A stretch of 64,000 bases of DNA, from the NCBI GenBank assembly GCA_013239625.1, contig MU053379.1:256490-320489 (forward strand). Reading direction: 5' to 3'. The notes beneath the pieces are model-generated. The model was not told the origin of the DNA. It did no database searches and was given only the letters and a program-made list of their open reading frames with translations. Both the position numbers and the translations under genes were made by a program. The DNA comes from Lama guanicoe (Eukaryota). Below, piece after piece: positions 1-13,773 of this stretch (position 1 is the stretch's first letter; each line of letters opens with the position of its first letter).

Positions 1-372
1 GGAGTGTCCAGAGAGTGCCTGGAGAGAGAGAGCTGAGTGTCCTTCCCACCCTGTTTGGCTCTCAAGCGGGACAGAAGTCATAATCAACCACCTTGTAGCA
101 GCTGGCATTTAGGCAGAACCCCCAGTCAGGGCCAAGAGGAAATCAAGGGGGTGACTGTGCCATGAATTATCTAAGGCACTGGGGCAGGTCCATCTCCAGA
201 GTTCTAGTCCCAGATGTCTCCGCTTAACCACCTTCATTAAATGATCTTTAGTTTGTTAATACCCTCATTGATTAAGGCACTCACTAACTAAACTTTTCTC
301 ATGAGTCTTTTTATTTCCATGTAGTATTTTTTAAAGGATGAAGATCGTCATCTATGTCCCAAATGCAAACTC

Positions 373-690
373 TGTGGAAACTTAAAAAAACAAACAAAGC
401 ATAAATACAAAACAGAAACAGACTCATAGACATAGAATACAAACTTGTGGCTGCCAAGGGGGCGGAGGGTGGGAAGGGACAGACTGGGATTTCAACATGT
501 AGAAGAGATAAACAAGATTATACTGTGTAGCACAGGGAAATATATACAAGGTCTTATGGTAGCTCACAGAGAAAAAAATGTGACAATGAATATATGTATG
601 TTCATGTATCACTGAAAAATTGTGCTCTACACTGGAATTTGACACAACATTGTAAAATGATTACAAATCAATAAAAAATGTTTAAAAAAA
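373..690 (+). mobile_element. Young LINE-1 3' end (5'-truncated), camelid L1_Vpa-like
   Basis: L1 3'UTR motifs (aaaacagaaacagactcatagacatagaatacaaacttgtgg...gacacaacattgtaaa), AATAAA and A-tail; reverse complement closely matches the L1 3' end at 30790-31100. Confidence 0.9.
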
Positions 691-1464
691 CACTTCACTT
701 TTCATCTGGGATTTTCTCAGACTTGAACTATTCATTTTTTCCACACTCTTTCACCTTCAAAATTTAGATTCCTTATAATTGGATTGTATTGTTTTCACTC
801 TTTGTTCTATTTCCACACTTTAACAAAAATCTTAAGCTCTAAGCTGTCTTATGGCTACTGCTCCAAATTCTTTATAGGTATTAGAAGGGATGTTGGTCTA
901 AAGTCAGACACCACGGCAGTAAATGACTTCAAAGAAAGCCAACCAGTGAGCCGTTATAATCACTCCCATTAGCAGCACATTACCTGTTCCTACTCAGATT
1001 ACCTTACGATTGTCAAGTTGTTCCTTTTACAAAACTGCTCCTAGTATTTTCCCACAAATGGTGTTAAGCTGACTGGTGCGTCGTTATTTACTCCAGCTTA
1101 TATTCTGTCTTCAAATGATGTTACTTAAAAGTTTCCAAGAAACACTTCCAGACTTTGGACATTTAATCTGCTACATGATACTTTCAGTTGTTTGGAATCA
1201 GGGCTGCAAAGACCATAGCTTACTCATTGTCTTTGACTCCTGGAGTCCCACAGAGAGCTTCACATAATAGATGCGTGATTAGCGCCTGTTTTTTCTTGTC
1301 ATCATCTTTCTTCCATCATTATGGGGCTGGAACGCAGAGATTTACTATATGTATGTTAGGTTGGCCCTGGGATCTCAAAATATCCCCTGTGATTCCCCCC
1401 GAGCCCACTTCCAATCCTGTAATTCTTCTCCCTTTCCCTGATAGTAGAAAGAAAGGGACATGTA

Positions 1465-1690
1465 TTAACAGCTGCAGGGTGTCAGACATCAGGACAGGCT
1501 CTCAGCTGCGTTATCTCATTTTATCCTCCCAGCAGTGCTTTGAGATAAGCCCTCTTATCTCTTTTTTACAGCTGAGGAAGCCTCAGAGGGCTGAAGGAAC
1601 TGGCCTGATCTGACTCAAATAAGGAGTGGTGGAATCAGAGTCCACGTACAGCCATCTGATTCTTAAGCTTGGGTTCTTTCTTTTACAGCA
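1465..1690 (-). mobile_element. MIR SINE
   Basis: ttatctcattttatcctc...ttttacagctgaggaagcctcagaggg matches reverse-complement MIR core. Confidence 0.7.
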
Positions 1691-3059
1691 TTCTGCCTTG
1701 CTTTCCCAGTTTGCAGTTTCTCTGCAGGTTGTTAGAACATCTTCTTCAGCGTTGAGAGGCAGCAGCTAATTTTATCTGTCCCTTTGCTTCCAAACTTGTA
1801 GTAAGTACTTTTATCCCTAGTACTTTTTTATTGTTACTTTTTTGCCCATTTCTTTATCTAGATCTACCAGACCTCTCTCTTGAGCTCTGCACCTTGTAAA
1901 CTGCTTACTGTATATATCACCTCTACCCCACCATCTTTGGGCTGTCTCCCTTTCCTCTCCAGCTTACACTTTTGTCCAACAGCCCCGTTGCCACTGCTAC
2001 CTGAGCTAACGGCTCCACTCTCCATCTGGTCACGCTGAGCACAAACCTTGCCTTAAAGAACTTCCAAAGTGGATAAAGAGACAAAGCTGCACATGTACTG
2101 AAAGTTAAAATATGATTCAAGATTTTAAAAGACAATAACTCGAGAATGATCACAAGAGCATGCATGATAACTGTCTGTTGAGAGGACATTTGTGTTGTGT
2201 GGGGAGCTGGAGGAGCAAAACTGAGCTGGACCACAGAGGATGGCAGGACCCAGACAGGCAGAGGAGGGTGTCAGGGGCATGGCAGTCAGGGGAGATGGCA
2301 GGAGGAAACACGGGAGGGCCCATACAAAGGCGGCAGATTCAAGGGCAAGGGAATAATTTGTTTCTAAACAGCTTATGGGTCTCTCCATGAGAGGTGATGA
2401 GTTCTTCTGAAGAAAAGACTTAAGGGCCATTGAAGGAGCAAGGACAGTGTTCTGTTTCATTCTTTTCATTATTCAGTTCCATCATTTTTCTGCAGCTTGT
2501 TTAGAACATTGCTTTAGCATCACAGAGGACAGATAAATTTAGAAGCTATGATTTAAGTGCTGACTTGAGTATTTAACAGGTTCTATACGATGTCCCTTGC
2601 ATCTCCATAATAATAATTATTATTGTTCCTTCAATTATCTATGTTTTCAGCTTTGCCTCTGCTTTTTTTTAAGCAATGACTGAGTTGCATATACTAAAAT
2701 CACATTCTTCCCTGTCCTTTCATAATAAATTTAGCTGCAGCCTGCATATTCTGAGCGTTCTGATTGTAACTTTGACCTGACTTCATTTTCAAGACTGTCA
2801 AAAGTAATTAGGGACAGAGAAATTTTCCCACTCAGCATCTGGAATTGCAAAGATACCAAGAAGGAGTCTCAAGTGTCATTAACATCAGCTTTCTGCCTGC
2901 TTTTTATATCATCCTATAAAACAGTCTATTTCACAGCCAGCAAGGTCTATTGTGGGAGCTGTCTTTCTCCCTGTAAAGTGTCAGATTTCCCCCTCTACTG
3001 AGAAGCGAGAAATGGGTCCCCACCTTTGGAAGATAGCATTGGATTTGTCATCACACTGA

Positions 3060-3228
3060 CCTGCCATTGATGGCTGTGTGATATTGAGCAATTTACTTAA
3101 CCTCCCTGCCTCAGATTCCTCATTAGAAATTACGTCCAAAGATGTGATGAGGATTCCATGGAATAACATGTGTAAGGCAACTTGCAAAGAAATTGACATA
3201 TTATAATATGCAATAATATTAGCTGTTA
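3060..3228 (+). mobile_element. MIR SINE
   Basis: gctgtgtgatattgagcaatttacttaacctccctgcctcagattcctcat is the MIR core. Confidence 0.75.
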
Positions 3229-3760
3229 GGATTGGTGGGTGTAGCAGTGGAGAACTTTGAATTCATGTTATTTCTTATACAATACGTTTTCTTTGAATGA
3301 AATGAACCGAAATTGTATTCTATAAAAACTTAATTTTTCTCCCCAAAACAGCAGGACTAAGAATAGCAATACTTTTGGAGGAATAGAGGCAAAATGCAGA
3401 ATGTCAGTTAAGTGAGGAGAGTATGTTACTGTCAGTACCTATCTTTCATTTAATAATAACCAAAGCCACCATATATTTAAATTTTTCTATTTTATTATGA
3501 TTTAAATATTAAGGAAAAAGTTGCAAGAATGCATCCATATATCCAAACTGGTAAAGGTAAATGATGAAGGAAGAAGCTGAGAACAAAGACAGTCTGTCAC
3601 GAATTCACAGCTTTACCAAGGGTTTTCTTTCTTTCCATCCTCTAATTAGTGCAGAAGTTACAAAACATTTGTAGGAAACTTCTGGTTTGTATATGTTCAG
3701 TTAAGTGTTGCCTCTGAGCTGCAAGATAATTCATCTTATGATTTAAGACGGACTTAAAAA

Positions 3761-4090
3761 TTTTTTTTAATTGAAGTATAGTCGTTTTACAATGTTGCAT
3801 TAAATTCTAGTGTATAGCATAATGCTTCAGTCATATATATACCTGCATATATTCCTTTGTCATATTCTTTTTCATTGTAGGTTACTACAAGATGTTGAAT
3901 ATAGTTCCCTGTGCTATACAGTAGAAACTTGTTGTTCATCCATTTCATATACAGTAGTTTGTATCTGCAAATCTTGAATTCCCAATTTATCCCTCCCCCC
4001 TCCTTTCCTCCCTGGTAACCATAATTTTATTTTCTATGTCTGTGAGTCTGTTTTAATTTGAAATTTGTTTTAAGTGCAATTTCCTTTTTG
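3761..4090 (-). mobile_element. LINE-1 3' end (cetartiodactyl/camelid lineage)
   Basis: T-tract followed by ttgaagtatagtc...tacaatgttg...gaatatagttccctgtgctatacagtag; similar to 32205-32407 and 57108-57420. Confidence 0.88.
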
Positions 4091-5049
4091 TTGTAAAAGA
4101 CTTAATAACAGAGTTATTCTTCACTGTAAAACCTAACTAACAGAGCTAAATCTCAAGCTGACTCAATTATGTGTGATACTTCTTGGCATTCCAATTTTAA
4201 AAGAAAAAAAAAGCAAATGATAAGAAGAAAGCTTTAATTATTCTGAATGGCATTGGGTTACAGGGATTCTCCATCTGGGAGACATGATATCTGGTGGTCC
4301 CATGTAATTAAACAGGAAAAAAAAATCTCTGGTTATTAATGTTACCCTATATAAAGTAATCAGTTAAAATGTAGCCATGCAACGCATAAAGTTTTCAGTC
4401 TGAACAGGAAGCCACGTTGGGTGATAATGCATTGCAGCCAGTTGCTGTAGTGAAACTCGTCAAGACTGGTAGACGCCAATTGTCAGGGTGAATTGATGAC
4501 CACCCAGGTTACAAAGAGAGTTCAGGATGAGGAAACCCCAAGGTCCTAGGAGGGTTCTGGGAGAGCAGTTGTCCCGATGAAAGTAAACATGCAAACAGAC
4601 TGATTGATTCACAGGCCCTTATGTTCTCCCTGCCCCATGGCTACCTTTACTCTACTCCTGCAGCAAAGAACCTTCAAATGTTAAAAGTAAGTTCCAGTTT
4701 GCCTGGTTTTACCATTAAGGGTAATCTTTTCCTTTGCCTAGAAAGCTCTGAAAACCTTGTCCAACAGAGGTGCCCTGTCTTCTGAGATGATTGGAAGCCA
4801 GCTAGGGGTTCTATGCTTCTGGTTCGGATTAAATGCCACCCTCCAAAATGGGTGGGATAACCACCTTGTGACCTCCAGATCTTCCCCAATCTGCTTAGGG
4901 AATCAGAAGGAGTCTGAGCCAGAATGATGAAAACTGAAAAATAAGCCCACATTTATGGGAGACACGGCAGGGTCAGCTCATGCCTGCAAATGTTCACATG
5001 CGCACACACCCCACCCCCACAGACAATTTTTAAATTCTCCAAATTTGCA

Positions 5050-5172
5050 TTTAGAAGTGAAAATTCTCACTGCAGACATACTAAATCAGGAACTCCAAGG
5101 TGAGACCCAGCAAGCTGTGTTTCATTGAGGACTCTGAAGCATCCTGATGGGCACTAATGTTGGGGAAACTCT
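5050..5172. mobile_element. MER5A-like hAT-Charlie fragment
   Basis: cagacatactaaatcaggaactcc...cccagcaagctgtgtttc resembles MER5A. Confidence 0.6.
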
Positions 5173-6472
5173 ACATTAAAGAAACTCTGAATGGTAGGAG
5201 CCAGTCCCCAAAAGGGTTTCTGCTTTTGTCTCAGCTACCCCCAAAATTAAAGTAATGTTGGCATTGTAGGTAACAGTTGTGCCTTGGGGAATGAAGGCTC
5301 AGATGTTTATTTTTTATGTAGAAATAAGAATTATTCTCATTTCGGTAACTTTAAGGACAAAAATAGTCATAACCTGAAAAGTTTGCATTAATCTTTTTTA
5401 GCTCCGTGGGATTTTTAAATCTTCCTAATCTAAAACAGCCATACTCTGAGATACCCGGTCTTGTGCTTAGCAGAACCATGGGTTCTTGTCCACTGCAATG
5501 ACTTGATACCTCTCCCTGACATGTAATATATCTGGTCTGTCCATTAGCACACCACGACAGAGGAAAGAATCTATATAATGATGCAGGCTTTAAGGAGTTC
5601 AAGGAAAGCAGGAATTGTGCTCATGTATGGAGGCGAAATGCCCATTCTCTTAATAGCTACCAGTACTAGAATGTTTCTTACTTGGGAAATTACCCAAAGC
5701 AGCTTTGTTTTGAGTAACTGAGATCCTGAGGGGGAAAAAAAGGTATGAAAGGAGGCTGGACCATAAAATACAACTCAGTGGCTCTGTGAGGTGCCAGAGG
5801 AGGGCTGTGTGGTATGCCTAAGAGCAGGGGAGAGGGGGAGGGGAGAGGAAGAAGTGGAACAGGTTGGGGATGGAGGAGACACCAGCATGTGGTAATGCTG
5901 GAGTTTACAGTCTGGGAGGGGTTGTAGAGGATGCTCTGTGCCTAGGTGGCTGGAGGAAATTCTAAGAAATCTGACATTAAATTGACAAATTTCATGTTAC
6001 TGCACTAGAAAGTCTTCTCTTCCCCTGCCCTGCTCTTCAGCATTTTCTGTGGGTGGGATATTTTGTGTGTGGAAAACAAAGTCAAGCAGCTGGCTGGATG
6101 TCTGGGTTCACATAAGATAAGAAAGTAGGAATCAGGAGACAGGTCACCATAGGAATGAAGGTGCCTTGAATAGGTCCAGAAATCTGGGACAGGACTTAAA
6201 ATTTCCATGGAGTATTGAGGGAGAGTTTGGATTGAGCTTACTTACATTTTATATCTAAGTATTAAATATTAAGTGTCATATGTAAGTATGACAAAGAGAC
6301 CTCAACCTCAGCGGGTGACCCACTTGCCTTTATTTGTGGTGCTGTTCATATTCATCATTTCAGGAAACAATTCCACATGGCCAAGCACAGGGAAAAGTTG
6401 TGGGTACTGCCTTCTTCAGGTTGCTGGAATACAGTGCAAATGCTAATGAAAATGATGGTCTTCTCTCTAGAC

Positions 6473-6668
6473 CAGTGCTATCTGATGGAACTTTCTGCAA
6501 GGATGGAAATGTTATTTATCTGTGTTGCCTGATTCAGTAACCACTAGCCACATGTGGCTGTTGCACCCTTCAAATATAGCCAATGACTCTAAGGAACTAA
6601 ACTTTTAATTTAACTTCAGTACATTTAAATTTAAATTGCTCCATGTGGCTACCATGTTGGCCACACAG
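6473..6668 (+). mobile_element. MER3 (hAT-Charlie MITE)
   Basis: aactttctgcaaggatggaaatgtt...ccactagccacatgtggct...aaatttaaat...tggctaccatgttgg; preceded by Charlie-type target ctctagac. Confidence 0.85.
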
Positions 6669-7136
6669 GTAGACAGAGATTGGTACTTCAGTTTTAAAGC
6701 TGCTGGGTGTTGCTCCCCCAGACTGAGCCATATCCATTGCTCCAAAATGCTCCAAACCGTAACCCTTGACAAATGAGAGGAGCAACAATCTCTTCTCTGG
6801 GTCGGTAATTCTGTTGTCTTGTCCCAAAGGACTTTGTTAAATCCACTGTGGCCCTAATTCAATCCATGAGCAGAGAAAGCATGTAAGGAAGATCTGGCTC
6901 AATGTAAACAGAACTTGTTTCCAAAAAATCTATATCCTGCTACCTTGACCTTGAATCTTTCACACAGTTCAATAAGCTCTTCAACCCAAGGGACCCATAA
7001 AAGTGAGTCATGGGTACCCAATGACAACTGTGCTGGACCTTCTGCAGTCTATCTCCAGGGGCTGCCAGTTTACCCAGCTCCTGGACCCTGAATTCCTCTC
7101 CTGTTTATGTACTTTTCTCACTTTGATCCTTTAAGC

Positions 7137-7746
7137 CAGGGACTCATAAATTCACTCTCCCAGTGCTGCCACAAGTAGCATAAATGAGTGAAGTGAGTTG
7201 GGTATAAACACTAGGAAGTGGTAGGGACTGTGGTGAACCAGAGAGCTCACATGCCACCTATGAGGCAGTGACCACCAGCTCTAGCAATCTGTTGCTATGT
7301 GAACGGGTGATAAATCTTCCAACTATTTAAGAGAAATCAGAATTGTATATTCTACATGGTATCTCCCAATATTTGGATGCTGACAATTCATTCCAAAGTA
7401 TTACAAATCAGTGCTTGAACCAATAAAACAGTGAGAACGCAGTGTAGAATTTAGGATTCCCAAGCTTCACAGACTTTCTGGGTTTGATTCTTGTGTCTTC
7501 CACTTCCTTGCTAAGTGGCCATGGCCCAGTGGCTTAACCTCTCTCTGCTTCAATTTCTTCATCTATAAAATTGGAAGACTGATAATCTTCACTCCTTAAT
7601 GTTGTGGTAAATGTGGAATTCACTAATATGTAATATATATCAATTACTTAGAGGTATGCCTGGCTCAGTAGATATTATAGAGGTGTTGGCTACTGTTATT
7701 AAGCCTATGGGCTGGTTTTGAGCCACGGGGCACTTTGTAACCTCTG
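7137..7746 (+). mobile_element. MER102-like hAT-Charlie element, split by a MIR
   Basis: 7137-7430 has taaatgagtgaagtg...ggaagtggtagggactgtggtgaaccagagag; the 3' end (gggctggttttgagccacggggc...gtaacctctg) resumes at 7701-7746. Confidence 0.7.
7432..7700 (+). mobile_element. Near full-length MIR nested in MER102
   Basis: ctgggtttgattc...cttaacctctctctgcttcaatttcttcatctataaaattgg...tgcctggctcagtag...gttggctactgttatt. Confidence 0.85.
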
Positions 7747-8253
7747 ATCTGGAAATACACCCCATCAGCCTGGTATCCTGGCCAGGACTGAAGAGGTTGG
7801 ACATCTGGTATGAATCACTATGTAGCCAAATCCTAATCCCATTGTTCAGGCTCCTGTGTCCTGATCTTGCTGACAATTTGCTCAGAATCAGGGCACTGGC
7901 TCCACCATCCAGTCCCTCAGGACCTGGGCTTCTACCCCAAAGTTCTTAGCAAAATGCCCTCACTTTTCCAATTCACATGTTTCCTCTACTCCACTTGTGC
8001 TGCTCTCCCAGATTCAGAACTTGACTCCCTGAGTGGGCTTGTCCAGTCCGCATGTCCTTGTCTTCTCTGCCCTTAGCCTTTCACGTTGACCTATCCCCAT
8101 ATAGCTCTGTCTAAGCCATGACTAGAGCAAGAATTAAGATATTAAGGAGATACGTTTACTATCTGGTTTTCTTTACCTGGTTTCTCAGATAAGGAAACTT
8201 CTCCAAATTTCCAACATTTTCAACATAATACACCTTTGTGTGATCTCTCTGTC

Positions 8254-8260
<7 letters not shown>

Positions 8261-8285
<25 letters not shown>
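8261..8285. repeat. (CA)n microsatellite
   Basis: about 12 AC units. Confidence 0.95.
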
Positions 8286-8287
<2 letters not shown>

Positions 8288-9849
8288 TATACCCTTAGAG
8301 GAACATCAAGGAAAATGGAATAACCATAAAAATGAGCTTCATGAGAGTAAGGAGTTTATATATTTATATATTAGGCAAAAATGTTTAGAAGGAAAATCTG
8401 CAGGAGCAGAGAGAAATCTGTAGCTTTAGTATCTAAAGAAATAATAACTAAATCGATGCACAGTGCCAAAGCTATGAAATCTAAGACCAGACCTCTGCAA
8501 GTATAATATTACATCAAGTATTGAACACCAGAGATTATTAACAGCACTGGTGAAGATAAAATCAATAAGAATGAAATTTGGAAGCTAGTCTTGAGGCCAT
8601 GCACCATAACATTCATATTTCACTTTGCAGTTTGTAAAGCAGTGTCCTCCTCATTAAATCCTAGTCATCTCTCTTCACAGGGGTCTGCTCAATCAAACCA
8701 TTTGCTCTTTGAAGATAAGAACTGTGTCTTGCCAATTTTGATCTCCATGCCAAACACACAGTAGGATCTCTGCTTGATTGTTTCCTACTATCCTCATAAT
8801 AACCTCATGAGATAGGCAGTTGGTGTTATAAGGGATGTTGACTTTGTTAGCACTCAGGGACCCTCGTGCATGGAGCCTGTGTAGAAAGAAATATGGTTTC
8901 TGATCCCACAGAGAATGAGTTAGGACTGGGCAGTGCTGCAACATAGAGACAAGATGTATTCACCTGGAGGAACCTTTAAGTTGGCTATTTGCCCATCGAT
9001 TTTGGTTGGCTTAGAGGAAGTCAGACAAAAGTTGGACGGTATAAAGAAAATATGATGTTAGAACAAGGCAAATAAAATTAATGATCTGTCCTGTTCTTTA
9101 TTAATGCTATCTACCTGGGAAAATACCTCATCTGCCTAGTGTTCTGGCCAGAAGACCCCTCTTGCCACTGTCCCTGAGGAGTGGAGAGATTGGACACCTA
9201 TGTATATCACTCTGTAGTCCCAAATTATGACTCTTAATGAGTCACCACAAATAAGCCAACAATAATCTCATCAAATGAGCAGTCCATCTACGGTCACACT
9301 CAACTTCTCTCTTGAGATTCTTCAGCCCCCCATGGTTTCTCCACCCACGTTTCCCTTGCTGGGTCTTCACATATTGTGAGACGGAATTGGGACTTAGGGC
9401 TTCCTTAGCAGAGCTACCCAAAGTCTGAAATGATGGAAAGTTGAAAACTTGTCAACATGTAGTGGCTGTGCTGTTTATTTATTTTGTCATCAGGTTTAAA
9501 TTACTGGTGCTCCACAGGTAATTTAAATTTGGCAGTAGAAAGGGGAAATTACACAAGAGGGTTTTCTGATCTATGGTGGTAAATAAGGACACATATTAAA
9601 AAGCAGAAAGTTGAGTTATTTCATGAGGGAAGAGTGAATCAGTCTTAACCGTGAATATGTTGTCCAACTACTTCACTCCTTGGGGCTTCCACTTGCTTTT
9701 TTTTAATTCATAGTTTAGAGTGTTATTATCTAACCCTGAAATTTAAATGTCCCACAATTAAGGTAGCAGATTCTTGAGCCAAATAAATCCACTGTCATTA
9801 TTACATAATGAGATGTAAGCTGCTGAAAAATTTAATAGAGCCCTGTTTT

Positions 9850-11370
9850 TAAGTATAGATCTTACCTTTTTCTGGATAAATTTATTTCTATGTATTTTAC
9901 TTTTTAGGCTAATGATTTGAATTGCATATTTTATTCTATATATTTCAACCTAGTTATAGTTTTTAGATCAGAAGACCCTTTTTTAATATATTAATTTAGT
10001 TTCCAATCCTCTTACTGAAGTCTCTTATTGTTTCTAGTTGTAGTCTAGCTAGAGTACTCCAGGTATATTTTTATATCAGAGCAAATAATATCAACATTGC
10101 TTTCTTTCCAACATGTATGCTTAGTATCTTTTTGTTGCTTAACTGTTTTGGCTAGTACTTCCAGAATAATGTTAAATGTTTTGATAGCACCCTTGTCTTA
10201 CTAGTAAAATAGAAATGTTTAAATCTCCTGCCTTTACTTAGCAATTAATGTTCTGTGTATGATTATTCCACTCTGATTCATGCTATCTATTCCTACCATA
10301 CTGGCTTTTCCTTTTAAATAAGAAAGAAATGTAGGATTTTGAAAAAACTTCAAATGTAATTAAATAATCTTGTGTTTTATGTCATTTTATTTATATTACA
10401 TTATGCTAATAAGTTATGTATTATACTAGATTTATCACTTTTGGGCCACTTTTGCATATCCAGGATAAATATCATTTAATTATCTACTTCCCTTTATTAA
10501 ATATCATTTAATTATGGTGCTTATTAAAAATATACTCTGGACTTACATTTGCTAAGATTTCATTAGTATTTTGATGCTGATATTTACAAATGAGATTGTA
10601 GTTTATTATCTTTCAATAGTCTTGGATATTAATATTAGACACAAAAATAAATTTGAACACTTTAAATCCTGTACTGTATCTTAGGAGAGTTAAAATTGTA
10701 GTGGAACAACCTATTTTTGGATAGTTTGAAATTGTCTAAGCTTGGTGTTTCTTGGAGACATAATTCTTTCAAAATTTTCTTAGTTAATTTTCAAGTTCCT
10801 TAGAGTTCATATGTTTCTATTTATCCTAGAATTGATTGAGCTGGACCTTCAATTTTATTTCCAATGTTTTTAGAAATGTTCTGTTTTATGATTATTTTAA
10901 TTTTCTCTGTACCAATTAAGTCTTTTCCTTTTAACATATTCCTTCTTTTATAGTTCCATATTCTCTCCTCTTTTTTCTAATTAAGTGAATCACTTTTAAT
11001 ATGGTTTTGTTTTAAGTGTGTTTGGGGGTTTGTGTACAATTTCTTATTTTGTTTCTGTTTTCTAACTCCTTCTGTGACTTTCTCTTTATTATTTTTCCTG
11101 TCTGGTTTTTTTAGCTTATTTTATTCTTTTTTGTCTTTTTGGCTTAGCTGTTTAATTTATTTAATTATGTGTTTTCTAATAGTTATATGGTACATAAGAC
11201 TCTAAAGTTCGTTATGAACTAAGCTTTGGTTATAATAAGTTGTTCTGGTTCTTAGACATTTCTGCTCTTTAATTCACTGGATTTTTCTTTTCACAAACTA
11301 TGCCATATGTTTCTTCTCTCTAATTTATGACAGTGTCTTTTTTGTTAATGTCTACTACTTTATTCTTGAT
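9850..11370 (-). mobile_element. Ancient degraded LINE-1 ORF2 region (L1M5/L1ME-like)
   Basis: Very T-rich; ttggctagtacttccagaataatgttaaat...cacccttgtctt and catttgctaagattt...tgctgatatttacaaatgagattg match antisense L1 ORF2 (RT region). Confidence 0.7.
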
Positions 11371-11460
11371 GGCATCCTCATTATCTTGTATGGCAAAAAA
11401 GAAAAGATTTGGGGTAACCTGTTCTCAAACAGTCCCTGTAATCAAGTCCTAGGTAGACTA

Positions 11461-11750
11461 TTATTTATACATTTTAGTTGAGATATAGTTGATGTTTAAC
11501 ATTATATTAGTCTCAGGTATACAACATAATGATTCAATATTTGTATTTAGTGTGAAATGATCACCACAATGACTAGTTAACATCCATCACCACACACAGT
11601 TACACAAATTTTTTTCTTATGATGAAAACTTAAGATCTACTCTCTTATCAACTTTCAAATATACAGACCAGTATTATTAACATAGCTGCTATGCTGTACA
11701 TTACATCCCTGGGACTTATTTTATAACAGGAAGTTTGGTATGTGACTTTG
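11461..11750 (-). mobile_element. LINE-1 3' end (L1MA9/10-like)
   Basis: ttgagatatagttgatgtttaacattatattagtctcaggtatacaacataatgattc...aacttaagatctactctctt...tgtacattacatccc. Confidence 0.85.
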
Positions 11751-12696
11751 TGACATGGCTAGTTTTGACATGCAATCATGACAAAATGTTATTGTTTTGT
11801 CTTTAACACGAGGATGTTGTGTTAAGTCTAAAAGAACAGATAAACTTTTAGCTTTAAAACATGCAGTATATATGAAATTTGTAGTATCAAACCCAGATGT
11901 GCCATACATGTAATCATTTTTGATTTTGTAGCTGAGAAAATTGGATGACTCTGCACCCAGTCTCTCTAGTATAATTTGAACTAGGCCATTCCTGCTTTGG
12001 TCCCTGTGAAATACAGTGACTTCTCAGCTCAGTTGAGGCTCATTTACATTTGGGTCCCAGTTATAGACTAGAGCTCAGAAGCTCTAAGCCACCCAAACAG
12101 CTCCAATACCCCAGAGATACTAGGAGAAGCATCTGTAGAGGCTGGTCTGTGTCCACTACTCGCCGGCTAAAGTGATCTTGAAGTCAATGGTGCACGTGTC
12201 TTTTTCAGGCAGAGTTGCACTCTCACTCCAGCCCCTGGCTGCACTCAGTCTTGGAGCTGTAACTGCATTTCCCCCGGCTCTTATCGTGGTACATGCAGCA
12301 TCACCTTTTGATGCAGTAATGCCTGTCGTGTTTAACCATGTGACCCAGAAGCAGCCTCCCTCTCTCTCCCGTCCTCAATCTCACCCTTGTACTTGCCCTC
12401 TCTCTGCAAACCTCATACCAGGGTTGGAATCATGATAAACTTCACAATTCTCTGACACACCACATGGATTCAAGGGAAGTGAGGTGTCTTGAATACCAAG
12501 ACGTGCCATTATGCCAGCTCTCTAATGCCCTCTATCATGTGAATGAAATGGACAGAAAATTCAGTGTTTCTATCCCCAAGAAGCCCAGGCGAAAACACAA
12601 AAGTGTGGTTCCTGCCACTCTCAGACTCCCAGCGTTGAGGTGTGGAGGTCACTTTGTCCACATTCTTCTTCCAAAGCTTTCTTCTCCTTTTGCCTT

Positions 12697-13670
12697 TAAA
12701 ACTCTTTTCTTTCATCACTTTAAATATTTCACCTGATCTCTTCTTGCTTGCATAGTTTTTGAGGAGAAGTTGGATATAATTCTTATACTTGTTGCTCTAT
12801 AACTAAGGTGTTTTTCCCCTTCTGGCTTCTTTCAAGATTTTTCTTTATCTTTGATTTTCTGTAGTTTGAGTAGAATACGCCTACGTGTAGATTTTTTTGT
12901 TTTTGTTTTTTCGCATTTGTGCTGCTTGGTGTTCTCTGAGCTTCCTGGATGTGACATTAATTGGGAGGAAAGAAGTTAACTGGGGGAATTCTCAGTTACC
13001 ATTGTTTCAAATATTTCTTCTGCTTCTTTATTTCTTCTCCTTATGGAACTTCCATTATGCATATGTTATACCTTTGGCATTTGCCTCACTGTCTTTGGGA
13101 ACTCTTCTGAGGTTTTTTTTTTTTTTTCCCAGTCTTTGTTCCATTTGCTTTTCGGTTTTTAAGAATTCTGTTGCTATATCCTTTAGCTCAGAGATTTTCT
13201 TCCTTAGCCATGTCCAGTCTACTAATAAGCCAGTCAGTCATTCTTCATTTATTTTAGTTTTTCTTTTAATCTCTAGCATTCCTTTTGGTTCATTTTTAGG
13301 ATTTCCATCTCTCTGCCTACATTGCCCATCTGTCCTTGCACACTGTCTGCTTTATCCATTAGAGCTCTTAAAATATTGGTAATAGTTGTTTCAAATTCCT
13401 GGTCTGATAATCCAACATCCCTGCCATGTCTGGTTCCAATGCTTGCTCTGTCTCTTCAAACTGCGTATTTTGCCTTTTGGTATGCTTTGTAAAACTTTTC
13501 TGGATAGACAGACATAATATATTGGGTTAAAAGAATTGCTATAAAAGGGCCTTTAGTAATGCCATGGTGAAGTGTCGGGAAGAAGAAGTTTTCTGTGTCC
13601 TGTGATTGGTGTCCTGTGATCTATGTCTCTGGACCATGAACTTTACAAGTGTTTCTTGGTTACTCCCCCC
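12697..13670 (-). mobile_element. Old LINE-1 ORF1/5' region (L1MC/L1MD-like)
   Basis: cttggtgttctctgagcttcctggat...ggggaattctcagttaccattgtttcaaatatttcttctgc, typical antisense L1 ORF1; no intact frame. Confidence 0.7.
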
Positions 13671-13671
13671 T

Positions 13672-13734
13672 CAAGCCTCATCCATATTGTTGAAAATGGC
13701 AGGATTCCCTTCTTTTTATGGCTGAATAATACTC

Positions 13735-13773
<39 letters not shown>

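Noticed and set aside
10466..10515. Direct repeat taaatatcatttaattat
   Set aside because: Local duplication inside a decayed AT-rich L1; no sign of function.
12897..13382. 161-aa hydrophobic ORF resembling a membrane protein
   Set aside because: It is the T-rich antisense strand of an old L1; the Phe/Leu/Ser richness is compositional. The same applies to 31711-32169 and 57519-57992.
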